From Candidatus Methanoperedenaceae archaeon (lineage in GTDB: Archaea > Halobacteriota > Methanosarcinia > Methanosarcinales > Methanoperedenaceae), in NCBI GenBank assembly GCA_963753595.1, contig CAVWCX010000001.1, positions 32,001 through 96,000 on the forward strand: a stretch of 64,000 bases of DNA, given 5' to 3'. Shown in pieces: positions 9,698-20,788 of this stretch. Both the position numbers and the translations under genes were made by a program. Positions within the stretch are counted from its first letter, which is position 1; each line of letters opens with the position of its first letter. The notes below the pieces were generated by a model. The model was not told the DNA's origin, did no database searches, and saw only the letters and a program-made list of their open reading frames with translations.

Positions 9698-11106
9698 GGT
9701 GGTTACCAATTCATAGGTTTGCCTTATAAATTTAACTATTTTTTATACTTGCAGTAAGATTTATATTATTCATCCCCCCATTATTATTTTAATCACAAAA
9801 TTCCAAAGAGGGGATGAACAATGGAGTTTAATGTTGATAAGCAAATAAAAAGCTATTGGAACAAATTCATCGGTCAAACCGATGCAAATAATGAAGAGTT
9901 TGCAGATGCAACCTCCGAGAACAGCGTTCGGGCATCAAAATTTCTGGAAGGATTAAACCTGGATCCGATAATGCCTGAAATCAACAAGCATTATACCGTT
10001 AAAGAAGGAGTGGAAACCTATCCAAGAAGGGCAATGGTAAAGGCATTTATCTGGAGAAACATAAAGACAATAAAATATTATACGAAAGAGGAAAGAAACT
10101 TAAGAACACATCCTGATGAGGCACTAGAATTGGGTTTCAATATTGATCCGGATGAAAATATCATAGTTCCAGATCATGAAACTTTGAGGCATTTCGAAAA
10201 AGTGAGACTGGGTAATAAGGGGATGGATTCTATAATGCAACTTTTTTGTATAAAGGTTGTAGAAGCTGGTAACCGATTGGATTTAAAAATTGGAAAATGC
10301 ACTGGAACAGATAGTACTCCAATCAAGACACATAACGATCCTGATGGAAAATACAATGGCCATTATAAGAAAAAGATGGTCAAAGCACAAATAACCATGG
10401 ATTATGAGCACAATATTCCTCTGGCCAAAAAGGTATGCGGTGGAACTGAAGATGATGATAAATATCTTGAAGATATGCTCCGAAAGACAGCAGTATCTGC
10501 CGGGATGAACATGGAAGAGACTTGGTTCGATGGCGGTTATAACAGCAACAAAAACATTGCATTTGCTCATGTTGAAATGGGTTTGATGTCACATTATCAT
10601 ATTGACAAGGATTGGAGAGAAAATGTAAAATACGAGCATAGGTTTAATGGAAAAACCTATATCTACTCCCCTGAACAGGAGATTAATTATCTCTATAGAA
10701 AAAATTGGCAAGATTCAAAATATAAGAAAGATGCTTCTCTAGAATATAAGATGCAATTTCTGGTCAAAAAGGGATTTCATGACCCTGTTGCCATGTATTT
10801 TAGAAATGACTATATGAATAAATATGATGAGTGTCCCGATAATGTTCTTGATCTCTACCATAGAAGAAACAGCAACGAAGGAATCAATAGCTATCTGAAA
10901 GATCACCTTGAAGTTGAGGTACATTTGAATGGTAAAGGTATGAAGAATATTGATCTTCACGTGACAGAATGCTGTATTGCCATGCTGGCAGTAGCATTTG
11001 CACGATTGCAGCATGGTATAAAAGAAAATCTCTCTTCGGTTGCATATCTCACATAGGAGGTGAAAAAAAATCTACCAATGGTTTCAAGGGTGTCTTGGTA
11101 ACCACC
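9698..11106 (+). mobile_element. IS4/IS5-superfamily insertion sequence
   Basis: Perfect 12-bp IRs GGTGGTTACCAA / TTGGTAACCACC; 5-bp duplication ATAAA at 9693-9697 and 11107-11111. Confidence 0.88.
9821..11056 (+). CDS. DDE transposase
   Basis: GTDSTPI, WFDGGY, RRNSNEGINSYLK. Confidence 0.85.
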   Translation: MEFNVDKQIKSYWNKFIGQTDANNEEFADATSENSVRASKFLEGLNLDPIMPEINKHYTVKEGVETYPRRAMVKAFIWRNIKTIKYYTKEERNLRTHPDEALELGFNIDPDENIIVPDHETLRHFEKVRLGNKGMDSIMQLFCIKVVEAGNRLDLKIGKCTGTDSTPIKTHNDPDGKYNGHYKKKMVKAQITMDYEHNIPLAKKVCGGTEDDDKYLEDMLRKTAVSAGMNMEETWFDGGYNSNKNIAFAHVEMGLMSHYHIDKDWRENVKYEHRFNGKTYIYSPEQEINYLYRKNWQDSKYKKDASLEYKMQFLVKKGFHDPVAMYFRNDYMNKYDECPDNVLDLYHRRNSNEGINSYLKDHLEVEVHLNGKGMKNIDLHVTECCIAMLAVAFARLQHGIKENLSSVAYLT

Positions 11107-11148
11107 ATAAAAAATATATAGTTTATTACTAATATACTAGTAATAATT

Positions 11149-12495
11149 ATGTTAGAATGAAGCATTATTGAGAGAAACCCATGGTGGGCAACTGGAAAAG
11201 TGCCTGAAGAGCTTACAGGCATAAAACGAACAGAATACCTCTCAAAAATAGCAGAGCGTTTAAAAGACCGCAAGCTATTGGCGATCCTGGGCATAAGGAG
11301 AAGCGGAAAATCAACGCTCATATATCAATCAATTAAGTATCTTCTTGAAAATGGTACAGACCCAAAGAATATATTCTATTTAAATGCAGATGATTTCGAG
11401 AAGCCAGGAAGAAACTCGCTTGAGGAATCACTTGACTTCTGCCAGCAGAAGAACATGGTCTTCCTGAAAGATAAAAAGATCCATGTGTTCATCGATGAGA
11501 TACAGAACATCAAGGGATGGCAGATGCTCTTGAAAAAATATTATGATCTCAAATATGCCTCAAAATTCATTGTATCTGGCTCATCTTCCAGCCTTATTTA
11601 TAAAAACTCATCGGAAAGTCTTGCCGGAAGAATTAACTTTATTGATGTTTTTCCGCTCACATTCAGGGAGTTCCTGCAATTCAACAACATGGATATACCT
11701 GAGGTACCTTTTGATTTTAACTCCCTGAAAAGTATCTATTACAATCTTTCCCCGAAATGCAACGAGATAACAGGTTTTCTGTCACAGTACCTGAACCTCG
11801 GAGGATTTCCGGAATGGTTCGATATAAAAAATGAAGACGTATGGTTCAAAATACTCGCTGATGAATATACAAGCCTTCTCATATACAGGGATATTGTAAG
11901 GGTTTTCAGGATTCGTGACCCCCTGTTGCTTGAATCCGTATTCAGGTTTGCTTGCGCTCATTCAAGTGAGCGGTTCAGTTATCTTGGAATTGCAAAACAA
12001 AATGATGGGGACAAGGAAACATCAAAACAATATATTTTTCATCTCGCTCGATCTCATCTAATACATTTATCAGATTATTATACAAAAAGCAAAAAGGCTT
12101 CAGAGAGAAAGGAGAAAAAGATATATTTTTGCGATACCGGTCTTAAGAATTCCATTGGAGGGCGGCAGGATATTGGTTTTGATGCTGAAACATCGGTATA
12201 TTTGCACTGCCTCAAGCATGTCTCTGGCTACCCCATCGGAAAGATATTTTACTGGCTTGATAAGAAAAAGAATGAGACAGACATTATAATGAGTTACGGG
12301 TCTGTTTTGATCCCGGTTGAAGTAAAATATAGGACATCTATTGATGATGGTGATCTGAAAGGGATACTGAATTTTTGCATAAATTTCGGCGTTAAAAATG
12401 CGTATGTTGTAACAAAAGCACTCATTGAGGAAAGAGATATCGAAGGTATCCGGATTTCATTCATTCCTTTATGGTTGTTTTTGCTCGTATTTTGA
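11149..12495 (+). CDS. AAA_14/DUF4143 ATPase; codon 4 is TGA (11158-11160)
   Basis: GIRRSGKST Walker A, FIDEIQ, GGFPE, KKIYFCDTG, PVEVKY; family-typical NPWW motif lies in frame upstream of the track start. Confidence 0.85.
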
Positions 12496-13155
12496 GATAA
12501 GGAATAATCCTGTCCGCGCGAACAAATTAGGAAACAAACCGAAAAATCCATTATTACCAATAAAAGCACATCTCTTGATCCTGATATCCTGCCTCTTGCA
12601 ATAATCCCTGAAATCAGTTATGCTCAGGAAATGCAGGTTAGGCGTTTCATACCATTGGTATGGTAATGAGGGTGTCAAAGGCGTTTTTCCCCTGAAAAAT
12701 ATCTGGAACCTCGAATTATAATGTGCAAAATTCGGAAATCCAACGATCACTTCTTTTCCAACCCTCAAAGACTCCTTCAGAACTATATCCGGCTTTTTCA
12801 CCTGCTGGATGCTCTGGTTCAATATCACATAATCAAATGACTCCTCGCCATATTCTGAAAGACCATTATCAATATCCTGATGGGATACGCTCAAACCAAG
12901 TTCAACGCATTTATAGATCGCCTGTTCATCGATCTCGATACCCCGGCCCTTGGCATTCTTTTCCTTTACTATCCATGATAGCAATTCTCCTTCGTGGCAT
13001 CCAAGATCAAGCACCCTGGAATCATTTTTGATCCAATCAAGGATGATATTATAATCTGGTCTTACAGGTTCTTTCCCAAGGTCGTTCAGAAATCGCCATG
13101 CGCCTTCGTTCAATACAGAGAGGAGAATTGTGTTCAAACTAAATTTAGATAACAT
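12469..13155 (-). CDS. metW: Methionine biosynthesis protein MetW (SAM-dependent methyltransferase fold); true start possibly TTG 13079
   Basis: VLDLGC, FDYVILNQSIQQV, FPNFAH, LPYQWYETPNLH; downstream of metX. Confidence 0.9.
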   Translation of the reverse strand: MLSKFSLNTILLSVLNEGAWRFLNDLGKEPVRPDYNIILDWIKNDSRVLDLGCHEGELLSWIVKEKNAKGRGIEIDEQAIYKCVELGLSVSHQDIDNGLSEYGEESFDYVILNQSIQQVKKPDIVLKESLRVGKEVIVGFPNFAHYNSRFQIFFRGKTPLTPSLPYQWYETPNLHFLSITDFRDYCKRQDIRIKRCAFIGNNGFFGLFPNLFARTGLFLISKYEQKQP

Positions 13156-13201
13156 TAGAAACCACCAATTCTAAGACTTTTAATTCTCTTCTCGTTTGTA
13201 A

Positions 13202-13230
13202 AACCGCAGAGAGCACAGAGGACACAGAGA
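13202..13230. repeat. 9-bp-period repeat (CGCAGAGAG/CACAGAGGA/CACAGAG)
   Basis: AACCGCAGAGAGCACAGAGGACACAGAGA between metX and metW. Confidence 0.6.
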
Positions 13231-13363
13231 AAAGCGGCGCAGCTATGTGTACTGGTATGGCCGACTCTGTGTTTGATCAATTTTCCGGCACCTTCTTTTC
13301 CCAGAATAAAAAAATCTGCCAATTCTTTGAAAACCATAAAGATCGATTTTGCCAAAATCATTA

Positions 13364-14551
13364 TCAGACGTCCTCTGAAGCCACTGCATACCCATTGAAC
13401 ACCTTTTTCAGGAAATGCCTGACCAGATGCGTTTCCTCTTCGATTTCCAGAAGGAATGCATCATGCCCGTATGTGGAATTTATTTCGCAATACGTAGCCT
13501 CGATTCCTGCCAGTTTGCATATTTTCAAGATATCTTTTGATTGGTAAGTCGGGTATAGCCAGTCTGATTTGAAAGCCATTATCAGGAAATTTGCCCTGAT
13601 ATCTTTAAAAACTTCAAGGAGCGTCCTGCCATTTGAAAGATCAAAATAATCCAGCGCTTTTGTAATATACAGGTAAGAATTGGCGTCAAACCTCTTGACA
13701 AAATTATCCCCGTGATAATGAAGATATCTTTCTACTTCAAATTCCGCCCCGAATCTGGATTGGATATTCCCGTTCTTGATGCGCCGCCCGAATTTCTCAC
13801 TCATTGAAGTATCGCTCATATAAGTGATATGACCGATCATCCGTGCCACTGCAAGACCTTTTGATGGAGGTGGGCCGCCGTAGTAATTCCCCCTTTTCCA
13901 TTGAGGGTCTGCCATAATCGCCTGCCGTCCTGCCTCATTAAAAGCGATCTGCTGCGGAGAATGTTTAAGCGTCGCAGCAATTGGAATGACGGAGCTTACT
14001 CTTTCAGGATATGAAGCAGCCCACTGCAGCGCCTGCATTCCACCCATCGAACCGCCCACAACGCACAGTAGCTTTTCAATTCCAAGATGATCTATTAAGT
14101 ACTTCTGGGCATTGATCATATCTTTGATGGTGATCGTCGGAAAATCCAGCCCGTATGGCCATTTTGTTACAGGATTGATAGACGAAGGGCCGGTCGAACC
14201 TTTGCAACCGCCAAGCACGTTGGAACAGATAACAAAATATTTATCAGTATCAAATGCTTTTCCCGGCCCTATCATCTCATCCCACCAGCCGGATTTATCA
14301 TCCCCGCTATAAAAACCGGCTGCGTGAGCATCTCCGGAGAGGGCGTGAAGGACAAGTATCGCATTGGTTCTCCCAGGATTGAGCCTGCCGTATGTTTCAT
14401 ATGCAAGTGTTATAGGCCCCAGTTTTTCACCAGAGTCCAGGATCAACTCATCCGGGGGAGAAGCGAAAGTAAAGAACCTGATCCCTACTAGTCCGATACT
14501 TTGCGTCGGTTTTACGTTTCGCAGACTATCCAATACGATCGTTTCGCTCAT
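13364..14551 (-). CDS. metX: Homoserine O-acetyltransferase
   Basis: [16 protein letters not shown] nucleophile, FDANSY, GHDAFL. Confidence 0.95.
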   Translation of the reverse strand: MSETIVLDSLRNVKPTQSIGLVGIRFFTFASPPDELILDSGEKLGPITLAYETYGRLNPGRTNAILVLHALSGDAHAAGFYSGDDKSGWWDEMIGPGKAFDTDKYFVICSNVLGGCKGSTGPSSINPVTKWPYGLDFPTITIKDMINAQKYLIDHLGIEKLLCVVGGSMGGMQALQWAASYPERVSSVIPIAATLKHSPQQIAFNEAGRQAIMADPQWKRGNYYGGPPPSKGLAVARMIGHITYMSDTSMSEKFGRRIKNGNIQSRFGAEFEVERYLHYHGDNFVKRFDANSYLYITKALDYFDLSNGRTLLEVFKDIRANFLIMAFKSDWLYPTYQSKDILKICKLAGIEATYCEINSTYGHDAFLLEIEEETHLVRHFLKKVFNGYAVASEDV

Positions 14552-14561
14552 GGTATGTCAA

Positions 14562-16259
<1,698 letters not shown>

Positions 16260-16273
<14 letters not shown>

Positions 16274-16604
16274 AAGAGGCGAAGTTTATTGGGTCAAACT
16301 CGATCCGATCGAAGGATCAGAGATCGGGAAAACAAGACCAGCTGTCGTGATCTCAAATAATATTAACAATGAATTTGCTGATACTTTAACTGTCATTCCT
16401 GTCACTTCAAGTGTTGGGAAAGTGTACCCTTTTGAAGTTCTCATAAAGAAAGGTATTGCAAATGTATCAACCGATTCTAAAGTCAAGGCAAATCAAATAA
16501 GAACGGTGGATAAAAAGAGGCTGAATGAGCGAATAGGGATAATTCCTGATGAGATATTGAAAGAGATAGAGAAAGCCGTGAAGATCCACCTTGAAATTAA
16601 GTAA
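16260..16604 (+). CDS. mazF: MazF/PemK toxin
   Basis: RRGEVYWVKLDPIEGSEIGKTRPAVVIS, QIRTVDKKRL. Confidence 0.93.
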
Positions 16605-16868
16605 GATCCTCTTAATTCAAACCTGCATAATCCATTACTGCTTTCTGGTCATTCAGGAATTTAACGATCTTCTCAAATTCGATATCATTTCCAGGTTCCT
16701 TGTTTTTGGTCTTAAGTTCAAAAGAGCTGTTCATTCTGGGACTGTTACATATTTTTTTCATCATATCGAGCACCATGAAGAGATAACACCGGTGAACATA
16801 TATAATTACACAAAGAGGCAGATGTTGACATAATTATTCCAACAACAAAAAAGCGTCTCAACTTATGA

Positions 16869-17168
16869 TTACATCTCTATCAAAGCAAGCTCGAACTTGA
16901 TCCCCATGCAGGATTGGCAGAATCCCATGAATTCTTTTGCATTGACGGACATTTCATCGTAGAGAGATTTCGATATGTAACAAACTATGTGGACTTTTCC
17001 GGGGTTCCCGGCGAGTTTCTTTTTTATTTCGCCGTGAAGCTCCTCAAAAATCGCCACAAAGGTCTTAAAGTTGATCCTTTTCAGGATACGGATGCGCCCC
17101 ACCCCTGTTTCATCTACCCATATCCTGTAATTGGCAGATTTTCTAACAAAAAGATCCGTATCATCCAT
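16869..17168 (-). CDS. Hypothetical protein with C-terminal CxxC
   Basis: 99-aa ORF 9 nt downstream of the 17178 gene, same strand. Confidence 0.7.
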   Translation of the reverse strand: MDDTDLFVRKSANYRIWVDETGVGRIRILKRINFKTFVAIFEELHGEIKKKLAGNPGKVHIVCYISKSLYDEMSVNAKEFMGFCQSCMGIKFELALIEM

Positions 17169-17177
17169 AATAGATTC

Positions 17178-17586
17178 TTAGTTCCTCTTACCGGCCTGGA
17201 TATCCCATCTCACATCTTGCGCCAGAGACCGTCTTGCAGCAGCTGCAATATCTAATTGTTCATATATATATTCACGTAAGTACATATCTTCTATTTTTTC
17301 CGCTTCATTTTCGATCTCATGCTGGCGACTGAGAATGTTTCCAAGTTCTCTTTGTGCATGATTCCTGTCTGTACGCTGCCAGCTTTCAGCTATTGTCGAA
17401 AGCGAGCGCCTTAATCTTTCAAGTCCGATCCTTATCCGGTGGAATTCCGGTCTTTTCAATCTTTCTTTTGCATAGTTTTCATATGGCGATTCCTGTTGAA
17501 TTTCCTCTGAAAATTCATCTATATCCGATACTTCACCATTCCATTTGTTATGGATGGCAAAAACGATCCCTTCTTTGGTTTAACAT
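17178..17586 (-). CDS. Helical hypothetical protein (~135 aa), predicted to be made by +1 frameshift at TTT-TGC (17557-17562) from leader MLNQRRDRFCHP* (17548..17586)
   Basis: +1 frame open for 128 codons from the slip site to the stop at 17178; no ATG before the TTG at 17459. Confidence 0.7.
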
Positions 17587-17615
17587 ATATTTCACATCAT
17601 CTTCATTAAAAAGAT

Positions 17616-17683
17616 GATATATATCCCTGAATATACAGGCAGGTTTTGTCACCATCTAAACAGAACCGGAATTATTACGACAA
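17616..17683 (-). promoter_or_regulatory. Degenerate regulon operator plus TATA
   Basis: ATACAGGCAG (17633-42) + 36 nt + GACAA (17679-83) next to TATATAT. Confidence 0.5.
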
Positions 17684-17726
17684 CAATTGCCTGATAGGGT
17701 AAACTTATGCTGATACTCTTCATAAA

Positions 17727-18035
17727 ATGGTTTCGGTGATCAATATGAGGGATATTTTTACAGGTGATGGGTTTAAGTTGCCAGATACAGGCATTTCAGG
17801 AAAAGGATTGGAAAATTACAGTTCTGCTAAGATCGAAGAATTCTCACCTTCGATGAAACTTGTTCTCAATATACTTGAAAATCATGGGCCACTGACACAA
17901 AAAGAGATAACGAAGGTAACCCGTCTTCCCACAAGAACAGTGCGCTATGCCTTAAACAGATTAAAACAGGAAGATATTTTAGAAGAGCGTGAATATTTCC
18001 AGGATGCCAGGCAGTGTTTATATCATATAAAATGA
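17727..18035 (+). CDS. Winged-helix (MarR/TrmB-like) transcriptional regulator
   Basis: KLVLNILENHGPLTQKEI...LPTRTVRYALNRL...DARQCLY. Confidence 0.88.
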   Translation: MVSVINMRDIFTGDGFKLPDTGISGKGLENYSSAKIEEFSPSMKLVLNILENHGPLTQKEITKVTRLPTRTVRYALNRLKQEDILEEREYFQDARQCLYHIK

Positions 18036-18080
18036 TTAGGCTTTTTTCAGGACTCTACAAGACTTGTTTTCAGGTAATAA

Positions 18081-18150
18081 TTGCCTTTGTCTTTCTGGAA
18101 ACCGAATGAATATATCAAATTTGGCTCATTTACTCGATTTAAATATATAT
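18081..18150 (+). promoter_or_regulatory. Regulon operator plus TATA
   Basis: TTGCC (18081-85), CCGAATGAA, TGGCTCATTT (18122-31) at 36-nt spacing, then TTTAAATATAT. Confidence 0.65.
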
Positions 18151-18176
18151 GAAAACTATGTTGTTTTGGTGATAAA

Positions 18177-18333
18177 ATGACACTACAAGAAAACAGAAGG
18201 GATTTACTTTGTCCCCGGAATAAAATACAGTAAAACAAAAAAGGCTATCAATCCCGAAAGTGATCAGGAGAAAGCATTGGGCGAATTTCAGGTTAATGCC
18301 CGGATGCATGATAATGTCTGGTGGCTTATATGA
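18177..18333 (+). CDS. Leader MTLQENRRDLLCPRNKIQ* (18177..18233) with +1 extension from CTT-TGT (18207-12) whose TGA overlaps the next ATG
   Basis: GGTGA RBS, ATG, shared motif AGA AGG GAT TTA CTT TGT; +1 frame open 42 codons ending in an ATGA overlap at 18330-33. Confidence 0.7.
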
Positions 18334-18479
18334 CCGCGACCAGACAGTACAAATGCCCGAACTGCAAACATTCGATATCGATAGCAACGGCAGATTTCAT
18401 CCGGGGGATTGCCATGACATCATGCGGTGATTGCGGCAGGAATGCTTTTGCAATAGACGAAGTTCTGTTGAATGGATAA
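18330..18479 (+). CDS. Small Zn-ribbon protein, 49 aa (below track cut-off)
   Basis: MTATRQYKCPNCKHSISIATADFIRGIAMTSCGDCGRNAFAIDEVLLNG; two CxxC pairs, GGTGG RBS. Confidence 0.8.
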   Translation: MTATRQYKCPNCKHSISIATADFIRGIAMTSCGDCGRNAFAIDEVLLNG

Positions 18480-18545
18480 AAAAAAACAGGGCGCTTTAAA
18501 TGATCCTATCCATTGGCGCCCCTTTCCTTATTTTTTGAGGTAAAA

Positions 18546-18641
18546 ATGAATAATAATAATGAAGAAAGAAATAAAAATAAAAATCCAGATGATGATGAAG
18601 ACCTGAGGCGCTTCCTGCGTGGAGGTTTTGGGGCAAAGTGA
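18546..18641 (+). CDS. Putative 31-aa peptide MNNNNEERNKNKNPDDDEDLRRFLRGGFGAK
   Basis: GAGGT RBS just before ATG; no homology recognised. Confidence 0.4.
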   Translation: MNNNNEERNKNKNPDDDEDLRRFLRGGFGAK

Positions 18642-18791
18642 GCGCACGAGCAATAACGGAATGTGTCCGGGGGGTCACATTTCACCTCCTGTTTTATTAC
18701 TTCCAAAAGAATCAGATCAGTTGTGACAACAATTGCTCCGATAAATAGGTTTATAAAGGTTAAATCCAAGTTTAAGCTGGAGAATTTAAAA

Positions 18792-19080
18792 ATGAATTTT
18801 AGAAGGAATCGTCTTTGCCATTACTGGCCCACAGATTGAATCGATAAAGATAGACCATTTACCGCCATCAGCAAAACTTGTTTTTAAGGTGCTTGAATCG
18901 AGCGGTTTTTTAACACAGAAAGATATTGCAAAGCAAACATATCTTCCGGCCAGGACAGTGCGTTATGCCCTGAACAGGCTGAAAGAAGAAAAAATATTGC
19001 AGGAGCGCTTCTATTTCCAGGATGCGCGCCAGAGCCTTTATGGGCTGAATGTTATTGTTCCGGGGGTGGTGAACGTATAA
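18792..19080 (+). CDS. Winged-helix regulator (~95 aa), predicted to be made by +1 frameshift at CTT-TGC (18813-18) from leader MNFRRNRLCHYWPTD* (18792..18839)
   Basis: Paralog of 17727 gene; homology (KIDHLPPSAKLVFKVLE vs KIEEFSPSMKLVLNILE) extends upstream of the GTG at 18889 into a frame with no ATG/GTG/TTG. Confidence 0.8.
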
Positions 19081-19150
19081 TTTACCTTACCTCCTTATTT
19101 TTTAGACCGCTGCTAATCACTTTTTTTGTAAAATCGAATTATTCGGGTAA

Positions 19151-19510
19151 TTATACGCGCGAATCTCTCAGCCTGTATTTAGCATACGCCAGAACATTCT
19201 CCTCAATGAACCCCGGAGCTTCAACTGGCTCTATACCCATGCTCTGCAATCCTTCTGCAGCCCCTCCTCCGATCCTGCTGCACAGCACCGCATCGCAGTC
19301 ATTGATCAGAGAAACACTTTTTTCAAGAGCATCATCGGCATGACCGCCATACTCAAGAGTACCGCATGAGGGATCGTTCTCTCTCACCTCAATGACTTTG
19401 ATCCCTTCTCCATCGGATTCTATTATGATGAATTTTCTTGCCTTCCCGAAATGCTGGTTAATAACCTTACCATCACTTGAAGCAATTGCCATCTTTAAAC
19501 TTGTCTTCAT
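19151..19510 (-). CDS. NifX/NifB-family (FeMo-cofactor-carrier-like) protein
   Basis: AIASSDG..INQHFGKA..DCDAVLCSRIGGGA. Confidence 0.88.
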   Translation of the reverse strand: MKTSLKMAIASSDGKVINQHFGKARKFIIIESDGEGIKVIEVRENDPSCGTLEYGGHADDALEKSVSLINDCDAVLCSRIGGGAAEGLQSMGIEPVEAPGFIEENVLAYAKYRLRDSRV

Positions 19511-19514
19511 GATC

Positions 19515-20378
19515 TCACACCAGCGGTCTTGGCTGCTTTTCATTGGGCAGTACCGGGAGCTTCATCGTATTCACAAGGATCGGGTCTTTCACTTCTTTTG
19601 CCCGCTCAAGCAAAAACTCTCTTCCTCTTCTGGTGATCGCGAATATGGGTACAGCCGTGCCGAATTGCGCTATGGTCTTTCCAGCTACGCCAGCCCGTAT
19701 CCATTTTGATGTGCAGCCTGTGGTCATATCCACAAGATCGATAAATTCTTTTGCTTCGTTATCAGGCATGCCTGTTGAATGTACTCCGAATGCTATTACT
19801 TCAGAGCCGGTTTCCTTTTCGATTTTTCTTATTTCTTTGAGATCTTTGAGATTTGCCACGGATACACCTATCTTCCTGTATCCAAGCTTTATGGCTTTTC
19901 TCACCCCGCTCACCTGGTCTATCGCGGCAGTGTCGGGGTCAATGACCACGCCGTCAGCAGCCTCTATCCTTTTGATCAGCCCCTGTATTGGTGACGTCTC
20001 CGTCAGTCCTGATATGCGCGAGCCCATGCCCTGACAGAGTTTGGGATTGCTCGTGATTACTGTGCCCGCCCCGTCGCAAACGGTAACTGTGGTGTCGAGC
20101 AGCCCGCGCCGCAGGGCGGTCATGAAAGTTTCGCTTGCCCCGAACCCCACGAATATCTCCATCTCCAGTTCACGGTTCTCTGTGAACATGCCGAAATCTT
20201 TCATCCTGAATTCTATATTTTCCCTGGCGGTCTTTGGGGTGAATTTCTTGATCCCCCTGACCTTATCAAAGATGGGACAGTACTCAGTCATCGGAACACC
20301 GACCTCAATTACCTTCCCGTTCTCAATGACTACTCGCGTTCTGCCCTGAAGTTCCATTACATGTCGTTCTTTTGGCAT
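19515..20378 (-). CDS. Methanogenesis marker protein 8 (DUF2099)
   Basis: HVMELQGRTRVVI, YCPIF, NIEFRMKDFGMFT, VCDGAGTVI, GMGSRISGL. Confidence 0.85.
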   Translation of the reverse strand: MPKERHVMELQGRTRVVIENGKVIEVGVPMTEYCPIFDKVRGIKKFTPKTARENIEFRMKDFGMFTENRELEMEIFVGFGASETFMTALRRGLLDTTVTVCDGAGTVITSNPKLCQGMGSRISGLTETSPIQGLIKRIEAADGVVIDPDTAAIDQVSGVRKAIKLGYRKIGVSVANLKDLKEIRKIEKETGSEVIAFGVHSTGMPDNEAKEFIDLVDMTTGCTSKWIRAGVAGKTIAQFGTAVPIFAITRRGREFLLERAKEVKDPILVNTMKLPVLPNEKQPRPLV

Positions 20379-20543
20379 AATTTGCCTCCTTATATTATGA
20401 ATAGTCCTTGCATACTTTTAACGGCTGGCTTTTCGGCAAATTGAGTGAAAAAAGAGGCAAATTTTGCCTCAATTGTATAGCTCGTTAGGTGGGTTTAATG
20501 TTGAGAATTAAGCAATTTTTCCTTTTCGGCAATAACTTACCAA

Positions 20544-20777
20544 TCACCCCTTCTTCACAAAAATGTGGTATGCTCCCTCTTTTGTTTTGACATCAAGGAA
20601 CTCATCACCGGATTTTGTCAACCATACATCGATATTTTGCCAGGCTTCAGGATCGCTGGCTATGACCTCGAGTATTTCACCTTTGTTGAGTTTTCTTAAT
20701 TCCTGAAGTGTCATTACTCGTGGATAGGGGCATTTCTCTCCACGGACGTCCAGCTTAACATTTGAAATTATGGTCAT
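20544..20777 (-). CDS. tusA: TusA-family sulfur carrier
   Basis: LDVRGEKCPYP. Confidence 0.9.
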   Translation of the reverse strand: MTIISNVKLDVRGEKCPYPRVMTLQELRKLNKGEILEVIASDPEAWQNIDVWLTKSGDEFLDVKTKEGAYHIFVKKG

Positions 20778-20788
20778 TATTAACCGCC

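Noticed and set aside
11158-11160. TGA as selenocysteine
   Set aside because: Non-catalytic N-terminal position in an ATPase; no Sec machinery or SECIS evident.
17548-18839. Leader frameshifts as sequencing indels
   Set aside because: Four independent loci share the same motif and the same +1 register, with synonymous variation at the Cys codon; random errors would not do this.
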